A DNA stretch of 64,000 bases from NCBI RefSeq assembly GCF_006345805.1, contig NC_043019.1, forward strand, positions 7,501,360 to 7,565,359, in the 5' to 3' direction. Positions 1-13,770 of the stretch are shown here, piece by piece. The translations under genes and the position numbers were made by a program. The DNA is from Octopus sinensis (lineage: Eukaryota). The notes beneath the pieces were generated by a model. The model saw nothing but the letters and a program-made list of their open reading frames with translations. It made no database searches and was not told the origin of the DNA. Within the stretch, counting starts at the first letter, position 1; the number at the start of each line of letters is the position of its first letter.

Positions 1-44
1 GTGAACCACAGTAGGTGAACCGCGATATGGTGAGAGATTACTAT
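1..44 (+). mobile_element. 3' terminus of a Tigger/pogo-like MITE (cut by the window edge)
   Basis: AGGTGAACCGCGATATGGTGAGAGATTACTATA matches the right TIR of the complete element at 52569-52789 (AGGTGAACAGCGATATGGCGAGGGATTAAAGTA). Confidence 0.55.
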
Positions 45-158
45 ATAAGTTTGTATTTATATATGTATGTATGTTTATATGTATAGTTGTTTTTTTATGT
101 GGTTGTGTATATACGTATATTTTATGCAACAGAAAAGGTTAACCTTTAATATGTATGT

Positions 159-190
<32 letters not shown>

Positions 191-226
191 GTTATACATA
201 TGATATATGTTTATATAAATACACTA

Positions 227-359
227 TTTCGTCTGTCTTTACGTTCTGAGTTCAAATTCCGCCGTGGTCTACTTTGCCTTTAAATACTAGTTGGGCCCTG
301 GGATCGATCTAATCGACTGGTCCCCTCACCCAAAATGTCGGACCTAGAGCAGAAAAGAA
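227..359 (+). mobile_element. SINE family A fragment, internally deleted
   Basis: TATTTCGTCTGTCTTTACGTTCTGAGTTCAAATTCCGCC...GATCGATCTAATCGACTGG matches the family A copies at 42188 and 44178. Confidence 0.7.
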
Positions 360-1416
360 TATATATACATATACCTATGTACATATAAATAGACAGACAG
401 ACATATATCTGCGCGCATGTGTGTATATTATATACGCACGTTAAGATGAGTGTTTATATGTATAAAGCCAAACTAAACAATACACTTCAATAATATCGAC
501 AAAGTGTGAATCATACACACCCCCACATATATATATAGAGAGAGAAATATTTATAGCATCACACTCTTGAACACACACACACACAAACACACTCATTCTC
601 ATAGACTTATACTCAATCCGTTCGTTCCCTTCCGCCGACATTCGCGTGATCACGTGCTAACAGAAACAAACTGTAATAAGAAAGTTTATATTTCTTCATT
701 GGACACACATGAAAAACAGAAATGCCTCTTTTTTTCAGAAAACTCAACTCAGAATTATATCCGTGACACATGCTGTTCACAAGTAGGTAAACGCGATAAA
801 AGTAGGTTAAAAAGTAGCAGCTGTAGGGATGATAACAAGGAAGTTGGTGAGAATTATGCAGAGCTAACCTATAGAATTAGCTCTGCTGTCTTATTTTCCT
901 TTTAGTTCTTACAACCCACTCAAAACATCATTTCTTAATCGAAAGATGTTTGTTTCTATAAACTCGTGTTTTTTTTTTTTTTCTGTTACATTTTTTTTTG
1001 GGGGGGGGGTTCCACAATGGTTTTATCAGTCTTAATCGAAAAAGTATGTGCATACACAATTCACTTATATATTTGTGTTACAACAACAACAACAACAACA
1101 ACTGAAACTGCTGCTGCTGCTGCTGCAACTTGTAGTTATGGCGGTATAAAGTTGCAAACTATCTCATACTAGTAACAAATGTTAGTAAATATCATCAAAT
1201 ACGCAATCATTTACATGTAAACAAATATAATTCTGAGAAAGGCGGGGAAACACGCACCAGTGAGTGTGCGCCTCCTCCTGCTATATATATATATATATAT
1301 ATATACACATACATACATACATCCGTTTGTATATGTATATATATATATGTATATATACATACATACAAATACTGTGTGTGTATAAAATGAATATATACAT
1401 GATATAAAATATATTT

Positions 1417-1789
1417 GCGCAGGAGTGGCTGTGTGGAAAGTAGCTTTCTCGAAAGCAACATGGTTCCTGGTTCAGTTTCGCTGCGTGGCACCTTGGGAAA
1501 GTGTCTTCTACTATCGGCTCAAGCTGACCAAATGCCTGTGAGTGGATTTGGTAGACGGAAACTGAAAGAGGCTCGTCGTATATCTATGTACATGTGTGCG
1601 TGTGTGTGTGTGTCTGCTTGTCCTTCCCCACCATCGCTTGACAACGGATGCTTAGCGGTTCGGCAAAAATGACCAATAGAATAAGTACTAGTCTTACAAA
1701 GAATAAGTCATTGGATCGATTTGTTTGAGTAAAGGCGGTGCTACAGCATGGCTGCAGTCAAATGACTGAAACAAATAAAAGAATAAAAA
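1417..1789 (+). mobile_element. SINE family B (tRNA head plus CORE-like domain; resembles octopus OR-type CORE-SINEs), near full length
   Basis: Head GCGCAGGAGTGGCTGTGTGG, B-box-like GGTTCAGT, CORE-like GCACCTTGGGAAAGTGTCTTC, internal (TG)n, tail GCAGTCAAATGACTGAAACAAATAAAAGAATAAAA; collinear with 28335-28717. Confidence 0.9.
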
Positions 1790-2764
1790 ATATATAGATG
1801 GCTATATACGTGTATGTATGTTGACGTGTTGATATATGTGTAGATCGTCACTCTACTTCGAAAGATACAGTGTGTCCTTCATCTAAGCGTCCATCCCGTT
1901 AACTATGCTAGACTATTCTACAAATACATATAGCCTTAACTTCTTTACGCATTCGAATTTGCGGAAAACAACTTAAATCGAACCCAGAAATCATGATTGC
2001 CAGGTGAACTCATTAAGTATTTTATATATAAGAGTAGGTGATGTGTCTTGAAAATTTTTTCCAGTTTTGTTCTTCAGTTTATTCAAACAAACGATAAACG
2101 TTTAAAAGTAGCGTGACAATATATAAGAAACATATATGGTGAGAAGATATCGAAAAATATAGGGTATACTCTACATTAAGATTTGATTTATTGTTGGAAA
2201 AATACTCAGAAAAGGCTATAAATTTTCGTGTACTCAGTTATCAAGCGTAGAACAGATTTAGTTCGAAATATGGTTACTCACGTATTCTAGTGAAAAACAC
2301 TTCGGAATCTCTTCCCAGTTAACTTTTCAGTTTCCCAATGTCAACCCTGACATATATTCCTATAGCTGTATAAATCAAATTTTGGCTACCATGTTTAACC
2401 AAAATGTTATTGTCGGAAAACAGCAACGAATTTCTCACACGCACGATGATAGTAACATCCGAATTACTAAGTGGAATAAAAGTGTTACCGATTTCTAAAA
2501 ACTTCTAAAGAAGAAACTTCATCATTTACTTTGCATTCAATATTAATTTCAAACTGGTTAAATTTACAAAGCAATTATTATCTACATTATTAATGAGCAG
2601 ATGATTGTAATTTAGAGATGCGTTTTCCTCACAAAATGGAACCAACTTGTTTAAAATGATGAAATTTTAAATACTGATTCTACTGATATCATTTTTCCGA
2701 TATTTAAATATAATGTATGATTCATGTTTTACTAATTCGATTCTGTTGTCTGTGTGTTTTTTAG

Positions 2765-2958
2765 GCAAGGAGATATTCTCTTGCTTCAGAATATACATCA
2801 AGTAATCTGCTCAAGTGTTCTAATAAAGATTGTACGTGCGGCAAGAATATGAGAGAGCAAAGGAAAGGCGTCCAAAAGTGGTTGCTACAGATATGAACAC
2901 AAAAATGATAGGGAAAATTTCAATAATTATACGATAACTGGATCTCGTACAAACCGAG
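2765..2958 (+). other. Candidate exon (unverified, possibly non-coding)
   Basis: Acceptor-like TCTGTGTGTTTTTTAG ends at 2764 and donor-like CGAG|GTATTT follows 2958. No frame is open throughout; one frame has a single TGA. Confidence 0.15.
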
Positions 2959-3074
2959 GTATTTACTAATTATGCGATATACTACTTGTCAAATAGACAA
3001 GTTGCATGCATATATGATGAGATAATTGCAACATATTATGACTATAACTCTTTAACAAAATCAGGAAGGATGCG

Positions 3075-3300
3075 ATCCTACGACATGATGGTCTGCCTCC
3101 TATGAGGGAAATCCTCATTGATGGACATTTACTCTGGATGGGTCACGAAAACTGAATGGACAACGGCAGACTCCTTCGACGAAACCTTTACGCCTAACTT
3201 AGCAAAGGGGAAAAGAAACCATGGAAAAGCTAGGCTGACATTCAAAGACACTGCAAAGAGGTGTATGAAGTGGAAAATAATTACCCTAAAATCCCATCTA
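3075..3300 (+). pseudogene. Decayed RTE-clade LINE, 3' end of ORF (post-RT region)
   Basis: Across stops and a frameshift it reads GLPPMREILIDGHLLWMGHEN*MDNGRLLRRNLYA*LS / KGKRNHGKARLTFKDTAKRCMK, matching the RTE C-terminal pattern LRWxGHVxRMxxxRLP(K/R)xxLYxEL..GKR..G.P..RFKD. Confidence 0.75.
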
Positions 3301-4021
3301 AATTGCGTACCTGTATAATTTATGCAAGTAATCTTCAGGATGAAATTTTGTTAAAAAAAGTTTCTAGTCATGTAAAATTCGAACCCAAAGATTTTCAGAA
3401 TTGCTAATATAGCCAGGGGAAAAACAAATTTTTGACTTTAGTTGTATTTGGCATAATTTCACTTACTTATGATTAGATATTTAATTTTCACTAAACAAAA
3501 ATAATTCCAGTTTAACAAGTATCAGATTAAAAGCTATTAAATTACAAAGTGTTTGTGTTGTTTATAATAAACTTCGTAATAAATAGAAAACTCAAGCAAA
3601 AAGAAAAAACAGACCAGAAACAGAGAAATCTTATCACGCCATGCCTAAGTTACGAACAGCCATTGTCGTGACAACCGAATGCTGATATTAATAAGAATGA
3701 GATTCTAGAATATTATGGTTTCATGAAACATAGATTACATTTAAAGATAATAGAGATAACTTTCTAGCAAGCACTTGATAAAGATTAATAAATCTAGAAG
3801 TAGCTTTGAGTGTCAGCAACAATATAAATTTTCCCTCATTTCTAACGCGACTTATTCCCTTTGTTTTCTATGAAATACTGTCTTATCTGTCGTTAAGTGA
3901 TTCAGTGATGAGAGATAAGAAACATATTTGAAAATTTAAGAAGTCCAAGACACTAGAACTTGTGTTCCTCTATAACTATGATCAAAGGATTCAGTAGAAA
4001 TGGTATACCGATTAGGAAAGA

Positions 4022-4350
4022 GCAAAGATCCCTTTCAGTTACGAATGAGCATCGGATTGTACCTAGAAAGTTCTCTTCAGAAGTACAAGTCTGGGCAAGG
4101 TTGTTTATGGAAGACCAGCAGTCGTCCATACGTATCAGGCTCCCCTTTCCGCGCCATGCCACCGAAAAAGGCGAAGGCCGATGTAGTTTGGCACCAGTGA
4201 TGTTGCAACTCATTTCTACAGCTGAGTGAAACTGGAGCAACGTGAAATAAAGTGTCTTGCTCAAGAACACAACTCACAGCCCGCTCCGACAATCGAAGTC
4301 ACTGCACCGTGATTATGAGCCCGTCGGTCTAACCACTGAGCTATGCCCCT
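4022..4350 (-). mobile_element. tRNA-derived SINE family D
   Basis: Minus strand: A-box-like head AGGGGCATAGCTCAGTGGTTAGA, central GTGTTCTTGAGCAAGACACTTTATTTCACGTTGCTCCAG, tail TTCCATAAACAACCTTGCCCAGAC...CTTTCTAGGTACAATCC. Confidence 0.75.
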
Positions 4351-4874
4351 TTACCTGCCAATTACTGTTTGCCGAGTAATAATATGCTATGCTGCGGCAA
4401 TTCTTAATGTGTTCAACGAAGTGGGGAAGAAACTGAGTGCCACAGCCCTGCGTTTGTAATGATAGAATTTTTCTTTTGAAATTCATGGAGTCCTATATTG
4501 CTTTCCGCACTTACGTCGTTATCATAATGATGGATTGGTTATTTTCCAGTGCGTGAAAAGAAACAACACAATTAATTCTGCTCTTTAAAATATCCAATGT
4601 ATTCGAATCAGACATTAAAGTAGATTTAAATATTGTATACATTGTCCTTAATGTAAACCTACAAGGAATTTCAAGCATCAAAGATGGGTTCCAACGGCCT
4701 TCACTACTCCTCAAGCCTTTCTTTAATGTAAGTAAGTTCATATCTGGCTTATACAAAATGATGTTAGGAGGCGCTGCATTAAGACTACCCTATGTGTGTG
4801 TGTGTGTCTAGGGAGAGTGATTATGCCAATATAAATAACACACGCACCGGTTCACTACAACTCCTTTTCTATTA

Positions 4875-4968
4875 GACAATTGGGTAAATTAAGTGCTAGT
4901 GAAAAACGGGTCAATGTAATCGACTAGTCCCCTTACCCCCAAAATTTCAGACCCAGTGTCTTATAGTG
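4875..4968 (+). mobile_element. SINE family A 3' tail fragment
   Basis: TAAATTAAGTGCTAG...GGGTCAATGTAATCGACTAGTCCCCTTACCCCCAAAATTTCAG resembles the tails of other family A copies. Confidence 0.5.
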
Positions 4969-5078
4969 TCAATTGGTTAAATATCCTGCTGGCATACCGA
5001 CTGTTTGTTCATATCTATATCTATATATATATATATATATAGATATATATATATATATATATAGATATATAGAGAGAG

Positions 5079-5119
<41 letters not shown>

Positions 5120-6319
5120 TCTATCTATAGATAGATAGATAGATAGATATACAAATACGTGTGTGCGCACGTGCATTTTTCTTTAAGAATACTGTTCCTC
5201 GAAAGCATAGATAAACCCCTCAAACTAATATAAAATTATTTTTGACATAACCAGACACACCCACACACAAACATATATAGATATACATATATATACGTTA
5301 CATATATTCATATATATATATATCTATATATTTATATATATATATGTGTGTGTGTGTGTGCGTGTGGTGTTAATACATTACGATCTCCAGTACTGCAATT
5401 CTCTTAAACTAGAAATAGTGTTTCCTTTCTTGATGCACACACACACATTCATATATTTATAAATGTGTATATGCATGCATATATATATATACACATCTGT
5501 ATGTGTTTATATATATATATACACACATCTGTATATGTTTATATATGTATGTATATATATACACTTTTGTATATGTATGTATATAGTTATATATATACCT
5601 ACATACGTATATGCATGTAAGTATACAGTGATATATAATTATACTCACATGTTTATATGGATGTGTGGTTTGATGGCAGGATGGATAAGTATTTGTATAT
5701 ATATACTTTAATGATGATCCAATAACTGACAGCAGGGAATATAATTAAGAGAGAGCACAATAGCGCTCAGCGTAAATCCATCCATTGATACAATTTAAAA
5801 TGGCCAGTGGCTTGGCTACATTAAGTTAGAAATAATTGAATTGTAAATCATATTAATAACGATAATTGATATTCGCAAATTGATTGATATTGAGGCAAAT
5901 CTTTTCAATGTGGTCACTATTTGCAAACCACCATATTTGAATCGTTGATGGGTTCTTAGCAAATACTGACCATGAATTGGCAAATATGAATTAGTCTTCG
6001 CTTTCGCACATCAGGTTGATGAAGGCTAAAACAGTGCAAAGTCTATATCCGGTTTCTGTATTATATGGAGTGTGTGCGCTGCTGTGTGCGTCTTGAGATA
6101 AATCGCTTTTGGTAGTCTTAGATTTGTAAGTGTTTCCCAATAAAATGTAGAATTGAAAAACTCCGAGTAGTTACAGAATATATGCACAGTGTTATGATAG
6201 ACATTTATACTCGAATTTCGCACTGCATGGCAGGCAATTGACAATAAACTAAATGGCCAATGCTAGTAGAACATCTCGTAGCTAAATTGAAGATACCCAG
6301 CACAGCGCACATGGCAAAA

Positions 6320-7075
6320 CGAACGTTTCTGCTCCGTGAATGCATCGTCTTGTGATACCTGATCAAAAGCGCATCACGTGAAAATCCAACATCGTTTCAG
6401 GTATATGCATCTGGTTGCCTTGAAAGTCGCTTTATCCAGGCTGAATGCTGGCTTTATGACTTTGAGCTAGAGACAAAGATACTGTTCATAGAGTGGAAAG
6501 ACCCTACTCCATCTGCCCTCAAAAGACCTAGGTAGTGTCGTCTCAAGAGAAGGTGACGTCTTTAGATTTCAGGTATGCAAAAGGCATTGTTTTATTGACT
6601 ATCTTCAAAATGGCCACACTATCAACAGAGAGTACTATGGCAAACTACAGGGGCACTTACGAAAGGTTAAGTTGTTCAAATGCCCAGGAAAATAGAAGAA
6701 AGGGGTTTTGTTTCATGCGAATAATGCTCCAGCATACATATCCTTAGTTTCAATGGCTGCTTTGCGTGACTGAGGCTTTGAACTGGTTGGTCAGCCTCCC
6801 TATTCTCCTGTTTTGGCCCATTACTTACTATCATCTCTCCCCCAAAATGATAAAGCAATTGGCTGGGAAGCAGAATCGCAGAATGATGACGTCGCGTTAG
6901 CTGTTGATGACGTTTTTTAGCAACAGGATGAAGAGCTGTTTCACCAATGGGATGCAAACACTGCGACATTGATAGAGTGTGTGGAAGGCAAGGGGTCGGG
7001 GGGAATACGCTGAACTACGACAAACGTCATTTGCCACATTCCATGACGGTATCTTGGTCAGCCTATCAACTTTAG
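6320..7075 (+). pseudogene. Decayed mariner (Tc1/mariner, DD34D-type) transposase and 3' flank
   Basis: Frameshifted motifs in the expected order: VSAP*MHRLVIPDQKR (WVPRLL-like), ELETK..EWK, AKGIVFIDYLQNGHTINREYY, DNAPAY, GFELVGQPPYSPVLA (YSPDLAP-like). Confidence 0.85.
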
Positions 7076-7482
7076 AGTCGACCTTCTTACACACACACAC
7101 ACACACACACACATACATACACAAAAAATGTATACACGTACCTATATATGCATTCGAGATATATACATATGTATGTATGTATCCATTTGATATAAACACG
7201 CACATACATATATATATATATATATATATGTATTTAATATTTATTTATATATATTTGTGTGTATTTGATATTTATTTATATATATATATACATATATATA
7301 TGTTTGTGTGTATGTATATAAGTTCAAATAAAGTTTACAAACCTCATTAAGAGATAGCAAAATCCTATGAAAGTACATTTGTATATACACATATGGGTGT
7401 TTGTATATGTGTGTGTGCGTGTGTATGTATGTATATGTTAGTGCATAAATGTCTAGAGGGAAAGATTGATTGAAATTGGGAA

Positions 7483-7515
<33 letters not shown>

Positions 7516-7989
7516 GAAGCGAAATAAGGCAAATGCGAAGAATTTGATTCTAAAGAATCCATGGTTGTCTTTGCATTTCTGTGTTACAAGATTCATAAGA
7601 GGCGAACACACACACACACTCATTTCTCCACGCCCAGTTTCTCACGCTCACGTATATGCATGCATGTCTTTGTATGTGTATACCTACAACTCCCACTCAC
7701 ACACGCATACACACACACACACATATATATACACCTGTGTGTGTATGCGTGTGTACTCATATTTTTAAACAGTCATAAATGTACAAATCAAAGTGTGTAT
7801 GCATATAAGCACACCTTTAATACATACGCAAGCGTATATGCATATATATAAACACATATGTATGTACATATAAAAATATATATGCATATATATGCGCATA
7901 CATATATATACATATATATATACATATATATATACATATATATATACACATGTATATATATATATACATGTGTGTATATATATATATTA

Positions 7990-8099
7990 TATTCACATAT
8001 ATATAAATATTATATATATATATATACATGTGTGTATATATATATATATATATGCACATAAATATAAATATATATGTATATATATATATATTCACATAT

Positions 8100-8130
<31 letters not shown>

Positions 8131-8134
8131 TCAC

Positions 8135-8176
<42 letters not shown>

Positions 8177-8183
8177 CATATAT

Positions 8184-8217
<34 letters not shown>

Positions 8218-8265
8218 CATATATAAATATATATTATATATTATATATATATATATAATATTCAC

Positions 8266-8308
<43 letters not shown>

Positions 8309-8309
8309 C

Positions 8310-8342
<33 letters not shown>

Positions 8343-8361
8343 GATATATATATATATTCAC

Positions 8362-8393
<32 letters not shown>

Positions 8394-8405
8394 CTATATA
8401 TTCAC

Positions 8406-8446
<41 letters not shown>

Positions 8447-8494
8447 CATATATATAAATATATATATATTATATATATATATATATATATTCAC

Positions 8495-8535
<41 letters not shown>

Positions 8536-8596
8536 TCACATATATATAAATATATATATATAGATATATATATATATATATTCACATATATATAAA

Positions 8597-8628
<32 letters not shown>

Positions 8629-8675
8629 TCACATATATATAATTATTAATATATATATATATATATATATATCAC

Positions 8676-8718
<43 letters not shown>

Positions 8719-8768
8719 CATATATATAAATATATATTATATATATATTCACATATATATATATTCAC

Positions 8769-8802
<34 letters not shown>

Positions 8803-8806
8803 TCAC

Positions 8807-8847
<41 letters not shown>

Positions 8848-8938
8848 CATATATATAAATATATATATATATATATATTCACATATATATAAATATATAT
8901 ATATATATATCACATATATATAAATATATATAATATAT

Positions 8939-8980
<42 letters not shown>

Positions 8981-9072
8981 TCACATATATATAAATATAT
9001 ATATATTATATATATATATATTCACTATATATAATATATATATACATATATATATATATATAATATATTCAC
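7990..9072. repeat. Minisatellite of TTCACATATATATAAA(TA)n units, about 1.1 kb
   Basis: TTCACATAT recurs roughly every 25-45 bp, separated by (TA)n of variable length. Confidence 0.9.
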
Positions 9073-9152
9073 ATGTGTGCGTATGTATATATATATATGC
9101 ACGTATATAAAATTTTATGTATTACTATATATCACAGACATACACATATATA

Positions 9153-9192
<40 letters not shown>

Positions 9193-9715
9193 CACAGACA
9201 CACAAACATATGCGCATATATCCCAATAGAACAACGTTCGAATGGCCACCACACCTCAACTGACAAGACGAGCGCGTATATATAAATGAAGAGAAACACT
9301 CAAGTGAGATATCTGTTCACTCTTTTGTTTCAATTGATGTTGGCCTCCTTCAAGAATGATTGGCACAGCACCAGTACACCTATCTTACGGCTGTCATACG
9401 TCTCAAAGAACTTTCTGCAAAATCTTCGTCCAGAAAATTTAGGTCGCCTCTCTAGTGTTCTATTTGTTGTCTGCTCTAACTTTTCATTATTGTAACCTAC
9501 TGTTCCGTTTGTTAGCGTGACAGTGTGTGCGTGTAAGTGTGTGGGAGGGTTTCGAGTTTTGTGTGCGTAGAAAAAAGGGGCGGTGAGGGAGTAGGGGACT
9601 GCGCAAAGAATTTATATATATTTTTGTATGTAACTTTCTATTGCTAAATTTTGATATTTAAAAAAAAAAATATTATTGCTATTATTATTTGTATTATTAA
9701 TAATTTTTATTAACC

Positions 9716-10800
9716 ATAGCGGTGAGCTGGAAGAATCGTTAGCTCGCTGGGCGAATGCTTAGCGGCATTTCGTCCGTTTTTTATATTCTGAGTTCAAATT
9801 CCGCCGAGGTCGACTTTGCCTCCAACCTTTCGGGGTCATAAATTAGGTATCTGTTGCGTCCCCCAAAATTTCAGGCTTTGTGCCTATAGTACAAAGGGTA
9901 ATAAATATTTATATTGACCATAGTGGTGAGCTGGCAGAATGGTTAGCACGAGGAACAAAATGCTTAGCGGCATTTCGTCCGTTTTAAGTTCTGAGTTCAA
10001 ATTCCGCCGAGTCCGACTTTGCCTTTTATCATTTTCGATAAAATAATTACCAGTTGAAAACTGGGGTGGGGGTGGGGGGCCGATGTAATTGACTTATAAG
10101 GCAAATTATTGGCCTTATACCAAAACTTGAAATTCATATTTTTATTAAGCATTGCTGCGATCTGACAGAACCGTCAGCCAGTCGGTTCAAATGTTTTGTA
10201 GCGTTTCTTCTGGTACTTCCTTCTTTCAAATTTCTGTCGACGTCAACTTCGCCTTTTATTCTTCCGTTGTTGATAAAATAAGAACAGATTCATTCTTGGA
10301 GTCGATGGAATCGAATTACTCGGTCCTCTGAAATTGCTGGCCTTGTGCAAACATTGGAAGACATCATTAATTTATATTTGTATTAACCTTCCAGCACTGA
10401 GCTGGCAGAATTTCTAGAGCATCGCACAAATTGTTTAGCAGTATACTTCAGGTTCTTTACGTTCTGCGTTCAAATTCCGCCGAGGTTAACTTAGCCTTTC
10501 ATTCTTCCGCTGTTGATAAAATAAGTACCAGCTAAACGCTGGGGTCGATGTAACTAACGCGGCACCGCCCTGTGATTATTACTTAGCAAAGGACGGCCAG
10601 CGGTCAGAATCGTTATCGCGTTGGACGTAATGCTTAGCGTGTTATCGCCCGTCGCTACGTTCTGAGTTCAAATTCTGCCGAGGTCGACTTTGCCTTTCAT
10701 GATTTCGGGGTCAAGGAATTAAGTACGAGTTGCGTACTGAGGTCGTGTAATCGACTACCCCCTTCCCCCAAATTGCTGGCATTGTGCCAATAGTAGAACT
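9716..10800 (+). mobile_element. Cluster of five head-to-tail SINE family A copies
   Basis: Heads (G(C/T)GGTGAGCTGG(A/C)AGAA-like) at about 9716, 9920, 10151, 10391 and 10590, each followed by GTTCTGAGTTCAAATTC / GTCGACTTTGCC-like bodies of differing decay. Confidence 0.85.
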
Positions 10801-10801
10801 G

Positions 10802-10834
<33 letters not shown>

Positions 10835-11443
10835 TTTACTATCAATACACATACTTTTATTGTGTATTTTCACTGCTGACCCGAACGCAGTTGTGTGTCA
10901 CTTACATAAGTTCAGTATCATCTGGTATTTTTTGAGCTGATTTTCTATCATATTACATTATTTTGAAGTAATCAATACGTGATTTAAAGAATAGAATTAA
11001 ATTCAAATCTTGCATTGACAAAAGTCTGTCCTACTGACAATGAAATTCTTCTTTTCTATACTAGTGAGGTCTCCTGTAAAGTAACGGGAACGAGAACTGA
11101 AGAAATAGAAAAACCCGAAGATCGATTTCTTTTACCAAGAATAATTAATTAATAGCTAATTGCAATGGCGCCAATTTTCTAAGCTGATAATGATGTTATG
11201 TCCACAATAATTAAATTTAATCAAACATGACGTGAGAAATCCAAATATAACTCAGGTTTCGTCTTACGATCACCAAAACCAGGTTATGGATCTTTAACCG
11301 CGAAGGTGTTTTGAGAAAGACGTGCATTACACAACAATGAGTACGTTGTTGTTGTTGCTTTTATTTCTTCTTCTTCGAAGAACTAAAACCGTGATGCGTC
11401 TTACAATATAACACAAGGCCAGGAAACACTCCTAGTTTCCTTC

Positions 11444-11677
11444 GGTCGAGCTGGTAGAACCGTTAGCACATCGGGCGAAATGCTTAGCGGTATTTTGTCT
11501 GCGTTACGTTGTGAGTTCAAATTCCGCCGAGGTCGACTTTGCCTTTCATCCTTTCGGGGTCGATAAATTAAGTACCAGTTACGCACTGGGGTCGATGTAA
11601 TCGACATAATACCTATGTCTGTCCTTGTTTGTCCCCTCTGTGTTTAGCCCCTTGTGGGTAATAAAGAAATAGGTATT
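11444..11677 (+). mobile_element. SINE family A with the extended (concatemer-type) tail
   Basis: GGTCGAGCTGGTAGAACCGTTAGCAC...GAGGTCGACTTTGCCTTTCATCCTTTCGGGGTCGATAAATTAAGTACCAG...TAAAGAAATAGGTATT; nearly identical to 42188-42419. Confidence 0.9.
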
Positions 11678-12079
11678 CCAAATACTGAAACAGACCTGAT
11701 ACTGCTGCTGATCTTATTCCACGAGACTAGAATAACCAGCGCTAAGAGAACAGGACTAATTCTTGACCCGGCGTTTGCTGATGGTCATCTGATTGCTCTT
11801 TTACCACTTGGATTTGGTTAATCCCCTGCTGCCTCCACCGAAGAATACCAAACTCATCAATATGTTTTTCTACGCATCACTTATTTCGAATTTGTCCCCG
11901 CTATACACTCGTTTCCTCTAGAAATATTCTGCTGTATATATTATACGAGCACGTATCGAATTGCAAATATTCAAGCCAAACTTTTAACAGCAACGTGAGA
12001 TTTACGATGAATTTGGTAAGGGCAGGGACCAAGCTAAATTCTCTTGTGTATGCTTGTGTATGCTTGTGTGTGTGGTGGC

Positions 12080-12381
12080 TGCGTGTATCATGATATCAGC
12101 CAGACTATCGGATGTTTTTGTACATCGCTGGACACAGTGCGCTTTACAACGTTTTAACTGTCGAATAATGCCACCCCCACTGGCTGAGCGAGCAGGCCAA
12201 CATTCCCCCTCTGATCGGAAGGCTAGTCTGCCACAGGGCTGCTCATTTACACCTGAGTGGACTATAGTAACGTGAAATGAAGTACTTTGCTCAAGAACTC
12301 AATGCACCACCCGGTCAGGGAATCAAACCCACAACCCCAAGATCGCCTGTGCAACGCCTTAACCACTAGGCCACGCGCCTT
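12080..12381 (-). mobile_element. tRNA-derived SINE family E (V-domain-like centre)
   Basis: Minus strand: AAGGCGCGTGGCCTAGTGGTTAAGGCG (A box), GGTTTGATTCCC (B box), then TTCTTGAGCAAAGTACTTCATTTCACG...CCCTGTGGCAGACTAGCCTTCCGATCAGAGGGG. Confidence 0.75.
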
Positions 12382-12463
12382 CATATGCAAAACATGTATG
12401 TATATATATATATATGTGTGTGTGTGAGTGTGTGTGTATACAGATAGAGAGATAGACAGATGC

Positions 12464-12494
<31 letters not shown>

Positions 12495-12632
12495 TACATA
12501 TAAATATACATACATACACACACATACATATATATACATACATATACACATATATACATACATATACATACATACACACAACACATATTATATACACACA
12601 CACAAATATATATACACATACAGTTAGAGAGA

Positions 12633-12690
<58 letters not shown>

Positions 12691-13604
12691 TATATAAAGA
12701 CACTTGTTCTGATATTACACCCTGGTAATAACACCAGAGAAAAACGGAAACTGAAAATGTATCAAAAACTGAGATGCGCTGAGTTTACGTGCAAAAAACA
12801 ACGAAAACAACGACGACGACATTAACAACAACAACAACAACAATATTAATAATAACAACGACAATAATTGCAATAAAAAGAGAATTCAAAATGACTTTCC
12901 AAAAATATATTTTTGTAATAAAAACAAATAACTCGTAATATTTCGTTATGGCATCGCGTTTAAAAACCGCAGCTGAAATATGTGATAAATATCAGGTTGT
13001 GTGCGACAATTTCGTCGTACAGATATTCGGCTGGTTGAGTTGACAATATTATTAAGTTGTAGTTATTGACATAAATACATAGACAAAATCTGTTTCTCCT
13101 CCAATTACAAATATCGTGTTGTTGTGACAGGAAAATATATACATGTCTGATTCTTTCACCGGCGGATGATAAAGAGATTTGTAAAACAATTTTCGCTATG
13201 TACACATTGGTGATAAAAATAGGTAGCCTTGTCTACAGATGGCAAAGAAAACTGTTAGAGACAACTGCTTGTTACATACAAACGTATATATCACCGGCAG
13301 AAGTGGTCGTATATATTCTTCTTGTCAATTTTGAGATGAGTAAATATTTTCTAAGTGCGAGGGATTGATAGAAACATACGCTTCGACACATAGGATGAAT
13401 GACTGCGTAGAGACATAAGACACGATCTATAAATCAAGAGAAATTTATGCCCGCTTGCATATGTAGCTACTTGTTCTCTGTGCAGCAGAAACACGTGTAG
13501 GCCGTTGTAACCGTGGACGTATGACATACTGTAAAATAAAACGAAATATATTTTGAAGATGTAGCAGTCGTTATATCCTCTATCGTTAGAATTATTGCAT
13601 ATAT

Positions 13605-13770
13605 ACACGACGGACTGCTTTCAGTTTCCGTCTACAAAACCCTCACACAAGGCTTTGCTCGGCCCGAGGCTGTAATAAAACACACTTCCGCAATAGGCCT
13701 CGCAAAGGAACTGAACCCAGTGCTATGTCGTTAGGACGCAAACATGTTACCACACAGCCACACCTGCACC
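13605..13770 (-). mobile_element. SINE family B 5' half
   Basis: Reverse complement of the family B head and CORE region (CTTTCAGTTTCCGTCTAC...ACCACACAGCCAC). Confidence 0.8.

Noticed and set aside
7990-9072. Regularly spaced repeats that superficially resemble a CRISPR array
   Set aside because: The spacers are (TA)n rather than unique sequence, there are no cas genes, and the DNA is eukaryotic.
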